The position numbers were made by a program, and so were the translations under genes. DNA of 64,000 bases. Source: a virus. Positions 1 to 9,870 of this stretch are shown piece by piece (the first letter of the stretch is position 1; each line of letters begins with the position of its first letter). The stretch lies in the IMG/VR virus record IMGVR_UViG_2925639251_000002. One strand, 5' to 3'. Below the pieces are notes generated by a model. That model was not told the origin of the DNA and searched no databases. It saw only the letters and a program-made list of their open reading frames with translations.

Positions 1-5
1 AGGAA

Positions 6-635
6 ATGGAAAATCAATTAGTTAACTATCAATCAAAGGCTGTATTAAGGCTGTTGTTTGAAGGGGTTTCAGGTTTAGCTCATTCTGAATTGCTAAGTTT
101 AACGAAAAAGCAAGTTGAGGATGCGATGCTAAATGGTAACGTTTTAACCCTCTATGATTCAAAGCACGGTGAACGAAAACTAAAAGTTAGTAGTGAATGT
201 CTTGTTATTGCCTTAAATGCAGCTCAGGAAACTAAATATAAATTAAAGAATGGGAAGGCAAAAGGCCAAACAAAAGAAGTCTTTTTAGTTGAAAATGATT
301 ATGTAGTTAAAACAAAAAGAACGTCCAACAAAGGAGACGGCCAAGCAAGTAAATTTGTCATAACTAATCTAATTACTGATATATCTGAGTTCTTTAAAAT
401 TAACTTTTTAACACCAAATACTATTGTTAGATCTGGTCATTTGTATAGAGCATATCAGCTTTATAAAGAAAAAGGGGTTATTGATAACTCTGTAAGGTAT
501 CAGATTATAGATGACTTTAATTTAAGAGTGAAATCCAAATATCGAGCAGTTTATTCAATGCAAGATTATATTAATGAGGAAGAAGTTAATAAATATTACG
601 CAGAAGAACTAGGTCTAAAAGAGACGACCATTTAA
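6..635 (+). CDS. yopR: Master repressor with tyrosine-recombinase-like fold, C-terminal part (gene starts before the window)
   Basis: Translation matches recalled SPbeta YopR/MrpR/SroF C-terminal ~209 aa; lies upstream of yopS. Confidence 0.88.
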   Translation: MENQLVNYQSKAVLRLLFEGVSGLAHSELLSLTKKQVEDAMLNGNVLTLYDSKHGERKLKVSSECLVIALNAAQETKYKLKNGKAKGQTKEVFLVENDYVVKTKRTSNKGDGQASKFVITNLITDISEFFKINFLTPNTIVRSGHLYRAYQLYKEKGVIDNSVRYQIIDDFNLRVKSKYRAVYSMQDYINEEEVNKYYAEELGLKETTI

Positions 636-641
636 ATATGA

Positions 642-680
642 AATCCATTTGACTATTTTGGTTAAATGGATTTTTCTTTT
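642..680 (+). terminator. Intrinsic terminator after yopR
   Basis: aaatccattt(g)a...ttaaatggattt hairpin followed by a T tract. Confidence 0.7.
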
Positions 681-823
681 ATCTCAAAAAATTGTGAAAA
701 AATTCGCATTTCGACAAAAATAGACAAAATAATCACTTTAAATACATGTTTAAATGTAGTAAGATGGTCATGTAAACCATATGGTTTACTAAGGAGGAGA
801 CCAAGACCAAAGTCTTAGTCGTT

Positions 824-1048
824 TCAATGCCTTTCAACCTTGAATTCATAGAGGTCTTCGACATTACAATCTAAAGCAGCAGCAATTCTTTTTGCAGTTC
901 GAATAGACATATCTACTTTAACTAATCGATTATAGTCGCTCAGCTGCTGTTTCTTAATCCCAGTTATCTCTGAAAGTTCATTGATTGTAATGTCTTTCTT
1001 TCTACATAATTCAGGTATCAAGCATTGCCCGATCTCAACTTTAATCAT
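824..1048 (-). CDS. yopS: XRE-family HTH regulator
   Basis: 74 aa HTH (ITINELSEITGIKKQQLSDY); SPbeta synteny. Confidence 0.85.
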   Translation of the reverse strand: MIKVEIGQCLIPELCRKKDITINELSEITGIKKQQLSDYNRLVKVDMSIRTAKRIAAALDCNVEDLYEFKVERH

Positions 1049-1147
1049 AATCGGACATCCTCCTGCGTTCTGTTATGGAAAGACATAATACATATCATAC
1101 CATACGAAGCCGATAAATAACCACTAGCATAACACCTACTTTCTATG

Positions 1148-1179
1148 TATAATGATTATACAAAACAGAACGCACGTTC
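1148..1179 (+). promoter_or_regulatory. sigma-A -10 box (TATAAT 1148-1153) followed by LexA/SOS box GAAC-N4-GTTC (1168-1179)
   Basis: GAACGCACGTTC matches the Bacillus Cheo box, upstream of the yopT operon. Confidence 0.7.
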
Positions 1180-1224
1180 CCTTAACGCCTTAAGGGTTTA
1201 TCACAGAAAATTGAACATAGGAGA

Positions 1225-1449
1225 ATGAGGATGGCAGGTTATTTAAACAATATTGAACTGAATCTGGAGATTGTACTCAAAAACAAAGCAGATAGTCCAG
1301 AAGTCTCTGAAACATTGGTAACCAGGATTTGTGAAAATTTACTTTTATCTAAAGAAGTCTCGTTTTTAAAAGCTGACGGATCAGTTGAAAATTTTAAATT
1401 AAGTGATATGGAATATGAAATAACAAATACAGAAGAATTGCCTGAGTAA
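1225..1449 (+). CDS. yopT: Phage protein YopT-like
   Basis: ORF size and synteny. Confidence 0.7.
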   Translation: MRMAGYLNNIELNLEIVLKNKADSPEVSETLVTRICENLLLSKEVSFLKADGSVENFKLSDMEYEITNTEELPE

Positions 1450-1518
1450 AAATAAAAAAAAGAAAGACTCCATTAAACATAATGTAATCAGCAGCAAGAG
1501 GAGAATGAAGGTATTGTT

Positions 1519-1716
1519 TTGAATATATTTGTTGATCAAGATAATTACAAAGAGGTTAGTCTGAAACTTACAAAAAAATTGCTGACTTCAGAACATTATC
1601 AATTCCTACTTGGTTTCAAGGGAGAGAAATTAGATATTACAATTTCAGTTACACCACAAAGCCTCGTTAAGCTTAGGGATGACATCAATGAATTGATCTT
1701 TATGTTCTCAGATTAA
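1519..1716 (+). CDS. yopU: Phage protein YopU-like
   Basis: 65 aa, synteny. Confidence 0.65.
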   Translation: MNIFVDQDNYKEVSLKLTKKLLTSEHYQFLLGFKGEKLDITISVTPQSLVKLRDDINELIFMFSD

Positions 1717-1812
1717 AATTAGATTCGGTCACATAAATTGGCCGAATCTAATTGACAGATATTAAATGATGGGTTATAGTTTATTCAAATACAAATAATA
1801 TGTATATAGGAG

Positions 1813-2022
1813 ATGATAAAAGGAGCTATGTTGCTTGATGAAAAGCTCGATAAATTAATGAAAACGATTCTGCGATTAAAAGCATACAAAGAAGAGGAAA
1901 ATTTACGAAGAGTCATCGGAGAATTTCATTCAATAATTGATTATGCTTACGAGGGGATGTATATAGCTGAAGATATGTTAAGAGAAGAAGAAAGTAAGGG
2001 CAAAGAAGTAAGTACATATTGA
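1813..2022 (+). CDS. yopV: Phage protein YopV-like
   Basis: Size and synteny; TTGACA...TATAGT promoter upstream at ~1753-1781. Confidence 0.6.
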   Translation: MIKGAMLLDEKLDKLMKTILRLKAYKEEENLRRVIGEFHSIIDYAYEGMYIAEDMLREEESKGKEVSTY

Positions 2023-2110
2023 ATTGTGTAATTTTCACTAAGGTAACAAAATTAAAATTAGTGGATAAAATGTAAGTTTTATCGAGATTCAAATTGGAGG
2101 GGGATATCAC

Positions 2111-2446
2111 TTGGAATTATCATTAGATGAATTGAAGCTCTATCTTAAACCATTAGTGTTTTTCGGTGAGTTAAAACTTGAAATCAGTGATTATGAAGAA
2201 GGTAAGAAAATTGAAGTGCTGGATCATGATGAAGGGTCTTTAATTAATTTAGAAGGCCAAACGATTAACGAAAATTATGTGTGTACTACATGTAATTGTA
2301 CTTTATATACCGATGAAAATAATGAAGTATGTTTCATAGAGCATCCGTATGGTGCAATCACAGCTGTAAATAAAGATCAAGTGATTCATTTAACTAAGCT
2401 AATTGGAGCAATCATAAATACGGATGAGGAGGATCCAGTTGAATGA
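2111..2446 (+). CDS. yopW: Phage protein YopW-like
   Basis: 111 aa, TTG start with RBS, synteny. Confidence 0.65.
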   Translation: MELSLDELKLYLKPLVFFGELKLEISDYEEGKKIEVLDHDEGSLINLEGQTINENYVCTTCNCTLYTDENNEVCFIEHPYGAITAVNKDQVIHLTKLIGAIINTDEEDPVE

Positions 2447-2913
2447 ACACAGCATACAGAGTTTGGGACGGCGAGCAGATGCATTTTTGGGATGATGAAG
2501 GACTGAGCCTTGAAATAAAAATGGATGAATGGATTTTATGGCGTGAAGAAGGAAAGGGGTGCAGGGTTAGTATCGCAGAAAGCGGAGACGGGGAATCCGT
2601 TCTCATGTGGGGCGCAGGGTTGAAGGATAAGAACGGAAAAATGATTTACAAAAAAGATATCCCTCGCGTATGGGAAGAGAACGAACATATTCCTAATTAC
2701 GATAGTGGAGGCGGCGTTATTGACTTTGACATAGTCGAAGGATTTTCACAATTAGGTATAGTCGACTTTAAAGGCGCTTGGTTTACTTACGAAACTAAAA
2801 AACATCAAAAGGGGAGAAAAGAAAATATTTTTGCGCCATTAGATTTTACAAGAAACTTGGAAGTTGTCGGCGACATATTTCAGAATCCTGAGTTATTGGA
2901 GGGCGCGGAGTGA
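2443..2913 (+). CDS. YopX-family protein
   Basis: YRVWD...GLKDKNGKMIYxxDI...EVVGDIFQNPELL motifs. Confidence 0.85.
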   Translation: MNTAYRVWDGEQMHFWDDEGLSLEIKMDEWILWREEGKGCRVSIAESGDGESVLMWGAGLKDKNGKMIYKKDIPRVWEENEHIPNYDSGGGVIDFDIVEGFSQLGIVDFKGAWFTYETKKHQKGRKENIFAPLDFTRNLEVVGDIFQNPELLEGAE

Positions 2914-3041
2914 TGAACGCAAATGACAAATTAGGTGCTTATGTCTTGCTGGCGATGCATGGATTCAAGAAAGATGAAATCAAGGACATTATGAAAAAGG
3001 TTGAGTCTGATTTGGAGAAAGCGAAGGAGGGCGCGGAGTGA
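2913..3041 (+). CDS. Small hypothetical protein (42 aa), not in the ORF track
   Basis: ATG overlapping upstream TGA; MNANDKLGAY...AKEGAE*. Confidence 0.65.
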   Translation: MNANDKLGAYVLLAMHGFKKDEIKDIMKKVESDLEKAKEGAE

Positions 3042-3223
3042 ATGACTTCCAAGAAAGAAAACAATTTTTAGAGAAGTACTATCAGGAGTTTAAGTCACTC
3101 CGAGAGATTAATCCTGCCACGTCTTTGGATGAAGCATTGTCATTGTTCTGTGTTGCATTTCCAGAAGCGGAGCCCCACAGAAACTATTTTTATCAAAGGA
3201 CTTTGAAGGAGGGTGCGGAGTGA
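3038..3223 (+). CDS. Hypothetical phage protein
   Basis: 61 aa ORF, translationally coupled. Confidence 0.65.
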   Translation: MNDFQERKQFLEKYYQEFKSLREINPATSLDEALSLFCVAFPEAEPHRNYFYQRTLKEGAE

Positions 3224-3654
3224 GTATGAATTCTATTGATTTGCTATTTGAAGATAATATGAAACTAAACCAAAGAGAAAAGTTCCTCAAAAATGGTATT
3301 CCATATGATGAGCTTGATACACAAATGATTAATTTAATTGATATTTTAAATTTTAAGATGGGATTGAAAACACGTCATTGTTGTTTTGGGCATAAGCCAT
3401 ACGAAGAAATTCAAGTGATGTTTGAAGAAGAAGTGAATTTAAAAGAAGATCAAATTCTGGAATTAGCAGAATTAGCGGGAAGAGAATGGAAAGGTCTTCA
3501 ATTAAGCTTTAGCAAATGGGCGAGGTTTTCTCCGTTGATGTTTAATTGGTCATTGGTGCTATCGAAAAGGTTTAGAGATCCGGAAGATGCAAATAAATAC
3601 GGATACCTGAGATCAGTTGAAGAATTCTTTGAAAGCTATGCTGCAAAGAAGTGA
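3220..3654 (+). CDS. Hypothetical phage protein (SPbeta yoq block)
   Basis: 144 aa ORF upstream of the Rha gene. Confidence 0.7.
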   Translation: MSMNSIDLLFEDNMKLNQREKFLKNGIPYDELDTQMINLIDILNFKMGLKTRHCCFGHKPYEEIQVMFEEEVNLKEDQILELAELAGREWKGLQLSFSKWARFSPLMFNWSLVLSKRFRDPEDANKYGYLRSVEEFFESYAAKK

Positions 3655-3695
3655 TTAAAAGATGCATTTTAAACAAATTAAATGGAGGAACTTTA

Positions 3696-4451
3696 TTGGA
3701 AAATAATTTAAAGGTAATTGAGCAGAATGGGCAACTTTTAGTGGACAGTAGAGATGTAGCTGAGATGGTTGATAAAGAACATAAACATCTTCTTAGAGAT
3801 ATCGATGGATATTTAAAAATTCTAGGAGAGTCCAATTTTGGACTTACCGATTTCTTCATTGAGAGTACATATAAAACAAAGCAAAATAAGTCAGCGAAAC
3901 ATTTCTTCCTCACACGCAAAGGGTGTGATATGGTCGCTAATAAAATGACTGGTACTAAGGGAATAATCTTCACAGCACAATACGTTACTCGCTTTGAAGA
4001 GATGGAGAAGACATTAAAAACAAGACCTTTATTAGTTGATACATATCTAGACATGAATGAGGATGAAAGAGCAATAGCCTACTTCACTGAAAGAAAAGAG
4101 AAGCGAGAATATCAAGAGAGACTCAAGTTAGCTGAACCAAAAGTAGAGAAATATGATCGCTTTCTTAATACAGATGGATTAATGAAAATAGGACAAGTGG
4201 CAAAAGCGATTGGCATAAAAGGAATGGGTCAAAACAATTTATTTCGCTTTTTGAGAGAAAATAAAGTTCTTATTGATGGAACAAACAAAAACGCTCCATA
4301 TCAAAAATATGTAGAAAGAGGATTCTTTCAAGTGAAGACCCAGGAGACAAGTGTTGGAATTAAGACAATTACTCTTGTTACTCCTAAAGGTGCCGATTTT
4401 ATTGCTGATCTTCTAATGAAACATGGGCACAAAAGAGAAATAGCATCATAG
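3696..4451 (+). CDS. yoqD: Rha-family regulator with C-terminal ANT/KilAC-type antirepressor domain
   Basis: VDSRDVAEM...HKHLLRDI, LTRKGCDMVANKMTG; C-terminal AKAIG...LFRFLRE...PYQKYVERGFF; TTG start 3696 after GGAGG gives 251 aa. Confidence 0.8.
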   Translation: MENNLKVIEQNGQLLVDSRDVAEMVDKEHKHLLRDIDGYLKILGESNFGLTDFFIESTYKTKQNKSAKHFFLTRKGCDMVANKMTGTKGIIFTAQYVTRFEEMEKTLKTRPLLVDTYLDMNEDERAIAYFTERKEKREYQERLKLAEPKVEKYDRFLNTDGLMKIGQVAKAIGIKGMGQNNLFRFLRENKVLIDGTNKNAPYQKYVERGFFQVKTQETSVGIKTITLVTPKGADFIADLLMKHGHKREIAS

Positions 4452-4526
4452 ATTTGAAAACTTTTAGATAAAAGTAAAATTTTAAAGAGAAAGGAAGAGG
4501 AGAAATGATTAAAGGGATGGTTAAAC

Positions 4527-4730
4527 ATGAGCTACTTAAAACAAATGAATGATGGAGTTTTAAGGTTGGCTGAAGATACAATGTGCGGCGGTTTTTCTCT
4601 TGGTATTAGAACGCCTGAAGGGGCTGATTGGAGATATATCAGTGATGAACTTGGACAGTTGCTTATTAAAGAACTTTCTAATAATCACGAAGGTGATAGT
4701 GACAATCAAAACCAAAATACTGGCTGCTGA
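4527..4730 (+). CDS. Hypothetical phage protein
   Basis: 67 aa ORF. Confidence 0.55.
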   Translation: MSYLKQMNDGVLRLAEDTMCGGFSLGIRTPEGADWRYISDELGQLLIKELSNNHEGDSDNQNQNTGC

Positions 4731-4840
4731 ATTAAAGATATATATTACACAAAGAACAGCAGACAGTACAGGTTATTATTGGATCAGCAAGGTCATTTAG
4801 AATGCTAAATGACAACGAATATTAATACAGGAGGTGATCA

Positions 4841-5479
4841 GTGATTGCTGAAAAAACTAATACCCCGGTAAAGATGTATCTAGAGGATGATATAGCAAGG
4901 TTATATCAAGATCAATTTCGATTGATAACGGGGCAAAACCTAAAAAGTAATTTGATAGAGAATAAATCATCTGTAATAAGTGAAAAAGAGATTGAGAACT
5001 GTATACAGCTGCTACATAAGGATTATCATAACCTAGGGATTAGAATATTTGTGTTTCAAAATAAAATTCAAGCATTGCTTAATTTTTTGAATCCACTTGG
5101 AGCACCTTTTTGCTTAAAAACCATCAGAAGCATCTTTAGAAAACAACTGGTGGGTTTAAATGGGTTTGGGATTATTCATATTTATACATTCAATTATCCA
5201 AAAGATTTAACTTGCTACAAGCAGACTATAAAGCTTTTTATTCTCGAAACGCTGTACCATGAACTTAGACACGCTTACCAAGATGAGTTTATGACTTGGA
5301 TTAAAGATTCGAACTATGTAGATGGAGGTCAACCTGGCTATTTTGCACAGAAAAGTGAACGAGATGCAAGACACTTTGCGACTAGAATGATGAATAAGTT
5401 TCATGATGACATTAATGATATTCTAGGAATAAAGTTTAAATGGGAATCTTGCTGGGGAAGGTTAGAGATTTATGAATAA
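4841..5479 (+). CDS. Putative HExxH zinc metallopeptidase
   Basis: LYHELRHAYQ plus downstream ERDARHFA; RBS GGAGGTGA. Confidence 0.65.
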   Translation: MIAEKTNTPVKMYLEDDIARLYQDQFRLITGQNLKSNLIENKSSVISEKEIENCIQLLHKDYHNLGIRIFVFQNKIQALLNFLNPLGAPFCLKTIRSIFRKQLVGLNGFGIIHIYTFNYPKDLTCYKQTIKLFILETLYHELRHAYQDEFMTWIKDSNYVDGGQPGYFAQKSERDARHFATRMMNKFHDDINDILGIKFKWESCWGRLEIYE

Positions 5480-5521
5480 AATTAAAATAAAAAGACTGTT
5501 TTAAAGGAAGGGGAAAAACAT

Positions 5522-5812
5522 ATGAAGTTTAAAAATAAAAACTGCGATGAGATTCATGTTGAAATCAATGGGCAAAGAATTGATGTAAATTCACTTCAAG
5601 AAGGCAGTGTAACTCTAGAACGATATAAAAATATTAGAGCAAATTCTGATGGATTTGAAGCACTTTATCCCAAACTAAATGATGAAGCGCTTATACACGT
5701 TGCTAAGAACCACCTCAAGAACATCCTTTTAAAGAGAAAGCCAGTTACATATGAAGAGTCATTAGCAGCGTGTATTGCTCCAGAACTAATTAAACGATTG
5801 GAATTAAAATAA
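5522..5812 (+). CDS. Hypothetical phage protein
   Basis: 96 aa ORF with RBS. Confidence 0.65.
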   Translation: MKFKNKNCDEIHVEINGQRIDVNSLQEGSVTLERYKNIRANSDGFEALYPKLNDEALIHVAKNHLKNILLKRKPVTYEESLAACIAPELIKRLELK

Positions 5813-6000
5813 AAGTATTAATTTATGCTGAATGGAGGTCAAAAGGATAGGCTACATCAAATACGTAATTGAAATCGCCTGGTTTAACTTAGTTTGGTTT
5901 AAATGGCACCTTGGAGCGGACATAAGCATTTTTGACAGCTGCCGATGGAATACATATAAATGTATAAAGAATAAAAATAAAATAAGTGGAGGTTATTTGA

Positions 6001-6216
6001 GTGATAAAGACGAATCTGCATAGCAACCACGTTGATGAAATTATAGGTGAGTATTACGCTGCTAAAGGATATTCAGTTCAGAGTATTGATCGCCAAGAAA
6101 ATGGTCAACTCATTGTTGTTACGCAGCGAGTAAAAGAGGAAAGGGAACCGGAGGAAGTAGATTTAGCATTCGATTTCATACATAAAAGACCGCATAGAAA
6201 GAAGCGTTTAGCATAA
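6001..6216 (+). CDS. Hypothetical phage protein (YoqN-like)
   Basis: GTG start with GGAGG. Confidence 0.6.
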   Translation: MIKTNLHSNHVDEIIGEYYAAKGYSVQSIDRQENGQLIVVTQRVKEEREPEEVDLAFDFIHKRPHRKKRLA

Positions 6217-6231
6217 AAAGGCAAAGAGGAA

Positions 6232-6606
6232 TTAACACTCTTTACCGTTTTGTTTCTTTTTTAGGCGATCACAGATCAGTTTCATTATACTCATAGCTAT
6301 TGTTACAGATCCAATTATTATTGTGATTTGGAGAATAAAAATTAATCCAAAGTTTATATTCACATTGTCAAATAAGTCACGGGAAAAGGAAAGAAGCCTA
6401 TAAACACAAAAAAATAGTATGAGAAAGGATATGCATATTACAGCAAGTGATGCATTGGAATAACTTTTTGCTTGGTCAAAGAAGTAAATCATTAAAAAGA
6501 CAAAAAACAACAGAGAGTTAATTTCATGCAATAGTGAGCCAGTGTCTGAAAATGATTGTATTAAAAAACAGATGATAAAGCCTGCGATTCCTATTTTTCT
6601 ATTCAA
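6232..6606 (-). CDS. Membrane protein (YoqO-like)
   Basis: 124 aa, four hydrophobic segments, RBS GAGGTGA. Confidence 0.7.
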   Translation of the reverse strand: MNRKIGIAGFIICFLIQSFSDTGSLLHEINSLLFFVFLMIYFFDQAKSYSNASLAVICISFLILFFCVYRLLSFSRDLFDNVNINFGLIFILQITIIIGSVTIAMSIMKLICDRLKKKQNGKEC

Positions 6607-6761
6607 GATGTCACCTCATCTAAATATTACTTGTGAAAATTTTACCAATGAAAATAGGTTTCTTCAATGTGATACGCTTTAAAATTAACTTAAAATCGTG
6701 ATTTTAAACAGAAATGAATACAAACTGTAGGTCTGACTTTTGATGCGAAGGGGGAGATAGG

Positions 6762-7019
6762 ATGAATAATATCACTTGGGAAGAAGCACAAAATAACAAT
6801 TATGGAATACAGACAATTGGCTTTAAAGATGATGAAAACTTCGGGAGAAGAATTGTCGGTTTTAACGATATTGTTGTAGGAGATAAAGTTAGGTGGAACA
6901 AAGATAATGTTGTGTATACTCTTGTTATGACTTCGAGATTGGGACACATAGGTCTTTCAACCACTGGACAATTACCTTATACAGTAACTGTTTATCCAAA
7001 TGAAATTACAAAGGAATAA
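6762..7019 (+). CDS. Hypothetical phage protein
   Basis: 85 aa ORF with RBS. Confidence 0.6.
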   Translation: MNNITWEEAQNNNYGIQTIGFKDDENFGRRIVGFNDIVVGDKVRWNKDNVVYTLVMTSRLGHIGLSTTGQLPYTVTVYPNEITKE

Positions 7020-7082
7020 TTAGGAAGGAAATTTAAATAAAAGATAGTTTTTAATGAAATCAAATTAATTGGAGGAATTTTA

Positions 7083-7838
7083 TTGGAAAATAACTTAACT
7101 GTAATTGAACAAGATGGACAACTTTTTGTGGATAGCCGAGAAGTGGCGGACATGATAGGAAAGAAACATTTTCATTTAACAAGAGATATTGAAGGTTACG
7201 TTCAAGTATTATCAACCAATCCAAATCTGGATTCGATGAATTTCTTCATTCAATCTACCTATATGGATGGAAAGGGAGAAGACCGTAAGCGTTATTTGCT
7301 TACACGTAAAGGCTGTGACATGGTTGCAAACAAAATGAATGGGGCTAAGGGAGTTTTGTTTACTGCGTATTATGTTACACGATTTGAACAAATGGAAAAA
7401 GAATTAAAACAACCACAAACAGAGTTAGAGGTTTTAGCTGCAACAGTTAACAATATGGTGCAACAAGAGAAACGAATAACTGTTATTGAAAATGAGCAAA
7501 AGAGAATCTTTGATTTGATCGGATTGAATCCGTCGAATTGGAGAAAAGAAATCAATAAAATTATTAGATTAATTGCAAAAGAAAGTGGATTAAGTCACTC
7601 GGTAATATGGTCTGAGAGTTACAAAACCTTAGAAAACCGAGGGAAATGTAATCTACAAAGAAGACTTGATAATAAAAGAAATAACATGAAAAAAGAGGGA
7701 GCGTCTAAAACAAAAGTAGAAAAAGCAAACTTTATGGATATTATTGATGAAGATCCAAAGCTTACAGAGATTTTCTTAGCGATTGTTAAAGATATGGCTG
7801 TGAAGTATAAGGTGACTCTAAAGAAAGAAACTACATAA
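7083..7838 (+). CDS. Second Rha-family regulator with a different C-terminal domain
   Basis: VDSREVADMIGKKHFHLTRDI...LTRKGCDMVANKMNG...YVTRFEQME. Confidence 0.8.
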   Translation: MENNLTVIEQDGQLFVDSREVADMIGKKHFHLTRDIEGYVQVLSTNPNLDSMNFFIQSTYMDGKGEDRKRYLLTRKGCDMVANKMNGAKGVLFTAYYVTRFEQMEKELKQPQTELEVLAATVNNMVQQEKRITVIENEQKRIFDLIGLNPSNWRKEINKIIRLIAKESGLSHSVIWSESYKTLENRGKCNLQRRLDNKRNNMKKEGASKTKVEKANFMDIIDEDPKLTEIFLAIVKDMAVKYKVTLKKETT

Positions 7839-7877
7839 AATATTTATTTTATCAAAATTAATTAGGAGGATGAAGTA

Positions 7878-8138
7878 ATGAGTGTAGTAGTGGAGTTTAT
7901 GAATGAACTTTTTGAGGATATGGATGGAACTAATTGGCATATTACAGCTATGGAGGAATTTAAAGAAGTAACACAAGGTGGCGTGGTATATGCAAAATTA
8001 GCAGACGGTTCGATGTATGAAAAACAAGACAATATTTATATTTACCAAACGACCGGCTATTTAGGAGATGATTATAGTGGAACGATAATCAAACCAATTA
8101 CAGATACTATTGCTCTTGTTATGGGATATACATGCTGA
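7878..8138 (+). CDS. Hypothetical phage protein
   Basis: 86 aa ORF with GGAGG RBS. Confidence 0.65.
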   Translation: MSVVVEFMNELFEDMDGTNWHITAMEEFKEVTQGGVVYAKLADGSMYEKQDNIYIYQTTGYLGDDYSGTIIKPITDTIALVMGYTC

Positions 8139-8256
8139 GAATTATAGTAGTTAGAGATAGAGGGTTACCTTATTAAAGAAAAACTAATTGATCCATGTAC
8201 TAAATTTTCACTTTGCTTTTAAAGGCTGGGCTCTAAGGAATTATGTAACGGAGAGA

Positions 8257-9069
8257 TTATACTCTCCAGGATTCGAAGGAAGGTATGCGGAGTTTGCCGT
8301 GCTTTGTCTTAAATCTGTGCTTAACCTTACATAAAATAGGCTCAATAAATACATATTCATCAGATTCAGACTTTACTTGTTTCATAGAATGAAACTTGCC
8401 ACGTTCTGCATGTGGCATGAATTCCATAAAACCAGCTGCAGTTCCATCGGGATAGGATAGAAGGAATTTTATATCCTTTTTGGTGTAGCCGGTAATAAGA
8501 ACTTCGGTGTAATCGTAATTGATCACTTTCAACCAATTATGTGAACGTTTATTAATCTCATAAGGGGAGTCAGCTTTCTTGAGTACGATTCCCTCTAAAT
8601 TCTTTTCTTTTGCCAAATTGAAGTAAGCGAGTCCGTTACCTTGAATTCCTTCGAGCACAAAGACATTAGGATGATTTAGCTCAAGGGAGTTCAGAACTGT
8701 CTTACGCTCTGTGAGCGGCTTAGCTGCAATCGGCTGACCGTCTTTGTAGATAACATCAAAGATACAGTAAACGATCTTATGGGCTGATTTTTTGGACATG
8801 AAACGTTCCATTACAGCTTCAAAGTCAGGAGCACCGCCTGGGGCAGCTACAATAACTTCACCATCGAGTACTGTTCCATCTGGGATATCTAAATCCAGGA
8901 GTTCAGGAAACTTGCTTGTTACTTCATTATTGTGACGAGTATATAGCTTAATCTGATTATCAAATTTAGAAAGGATCAGTCTGATTCCATCAAATTTGAG
9001 CTCAGTGATATAGTTCTCGTCATCAAAAGGCTCTTTGATTGAATGCAAAAGCATTGGCGATAAAAACAA
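8257..9069 (-). CDS. ligB: ATP-dependent DNA ligase
   Basis: ELKFDGIR (KxDG), LDGEV, EGIVLK motifs; 270 aa. Confidence 0.92.
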   Translation of the reverse strand: MFLSPMLLHSIKEPFDDENYITELKFDGIRLILSKFDNQIKLYTRHNNEVTSKFPELLDLDIPDGTVLDGEVIVAAPGGAPDFEAVMERFMSKKSAHKIVYCIFDVIYKDGQPIAAKPLTERKTVLNSLELNHPNVFVLEGIQGNGLAYFNLAKEKNLEGIVLKKADSPYEINKRSHNWLKVINYDYTEVLITGYTKKDIKFLLSYPDGTAAGFMEFMPHAERGKFHSMKQVKSESDEYVFIEPILCKVKHRFKTKHGKLRIPSFESWRV

Positions 9070-9138
9070 AATATCACCTCCTACTTAGAACATATTAGCT
9101 AAGCGAAGGTGATATATAAAGGGATATGGCAGTGGTAC

Positions 9139-9822
9139 TTAATGGGATTGAATGAGCTCAGGTGAATTGTTTTTAGGTGAATTCACTAAAGATGAAACCT
9201 GGTATGCTTCCATGTCATCAGCATCATAAGGCTGCAGTAAGCTTTGTAGATAATCAGGATCAGTATTTTTAGGGTTGAGCCATTCCTTTTCGTTCTCATC
9301 AGTAAGGATAACTGGCATCCGATCATGAATGTCTTCCATAAGCTCATTAGGCTTTGTTGTGATGATTGTGCAAGTGTACAAAGGATTCCCTTCCGGCGTG
9401 TTCCACTTTTCATATAAGCCGGCAAAAGCAAAGAGATTAGATGATTTAAGCTTAATCCGCATAGGAATCTTAGTCTTTGGATCAAGGCGTTTCCATTCAT
9501 AAAAACTGTCAGCGGGTATGATACAACGTTTGCTGACGAGAGGCTTTCGAAAACTTGGTTTCTCGGCCAATGTTTCAGCTCGAGCATTAATCATTTTATA
9601 GCCGATTTTTTCGTCTTTAGCCCAAGGAGGAATAAGACCCCATCTAAGTTTGCCCAGACGATTGTGTGACCCATCATTGATGATTGTCAGGATGTTTTGT
9701 GAAGGAGCAACATTATAACTTGGGTGATATTCTTCTTCGGGTAAGAAGTGATCTATATTGAATTGCTCAATGATGTCGTCAAACTCAGAGAATAAAGTGA
9801 ACCTGCCACACATGTTCATCAT
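9139..9822 (-). CDS. yoqW: SOS response-associated peptidase (SRAP/HMCES family, abasic-site crosslinking)
   Basis: MCGRF N-terminus, YNVAPSQ, INARAET, HDRMPVIL. Confidence 0.92.
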   Translation of the reverse strand: MMNMCGRFTLFSEFDDIIEQFNIDHFLPEEEYHPSYNVAPSQNILTIINDGSHNRLGKLRWGLIPPWAKDEKIGYKMINARAETLAEKPSFRKPLVSKRCIIPADSFYEWKRLDPKTKIPMRIKLKSSNLFAFAGLYEKWNTPEGNPLYTCTIITTKPNELMEDIHDRMPVILTDENEKEWLNPKNTDPDYLQSLLQPYDADDMEAYQVSSLVNSPKNNSPELIQSH

Positions 9823-9870
9823 TGAATATTGTACAGGCTTGATACACGAAAATCAAAAAGGAGGAATGTG

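Larger units (their letters stand above)
2898..3223 (+). repeat. Three 16-nt direct repeats GGAGGG(C/T)GCGGAGTGA at consecutive gene ends
   Basis: Copies at 2898-2913, 3026-3041, 3208-3223; each encodes EGAE* and provides the RBS of the next gene. Confidence 0.85.
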
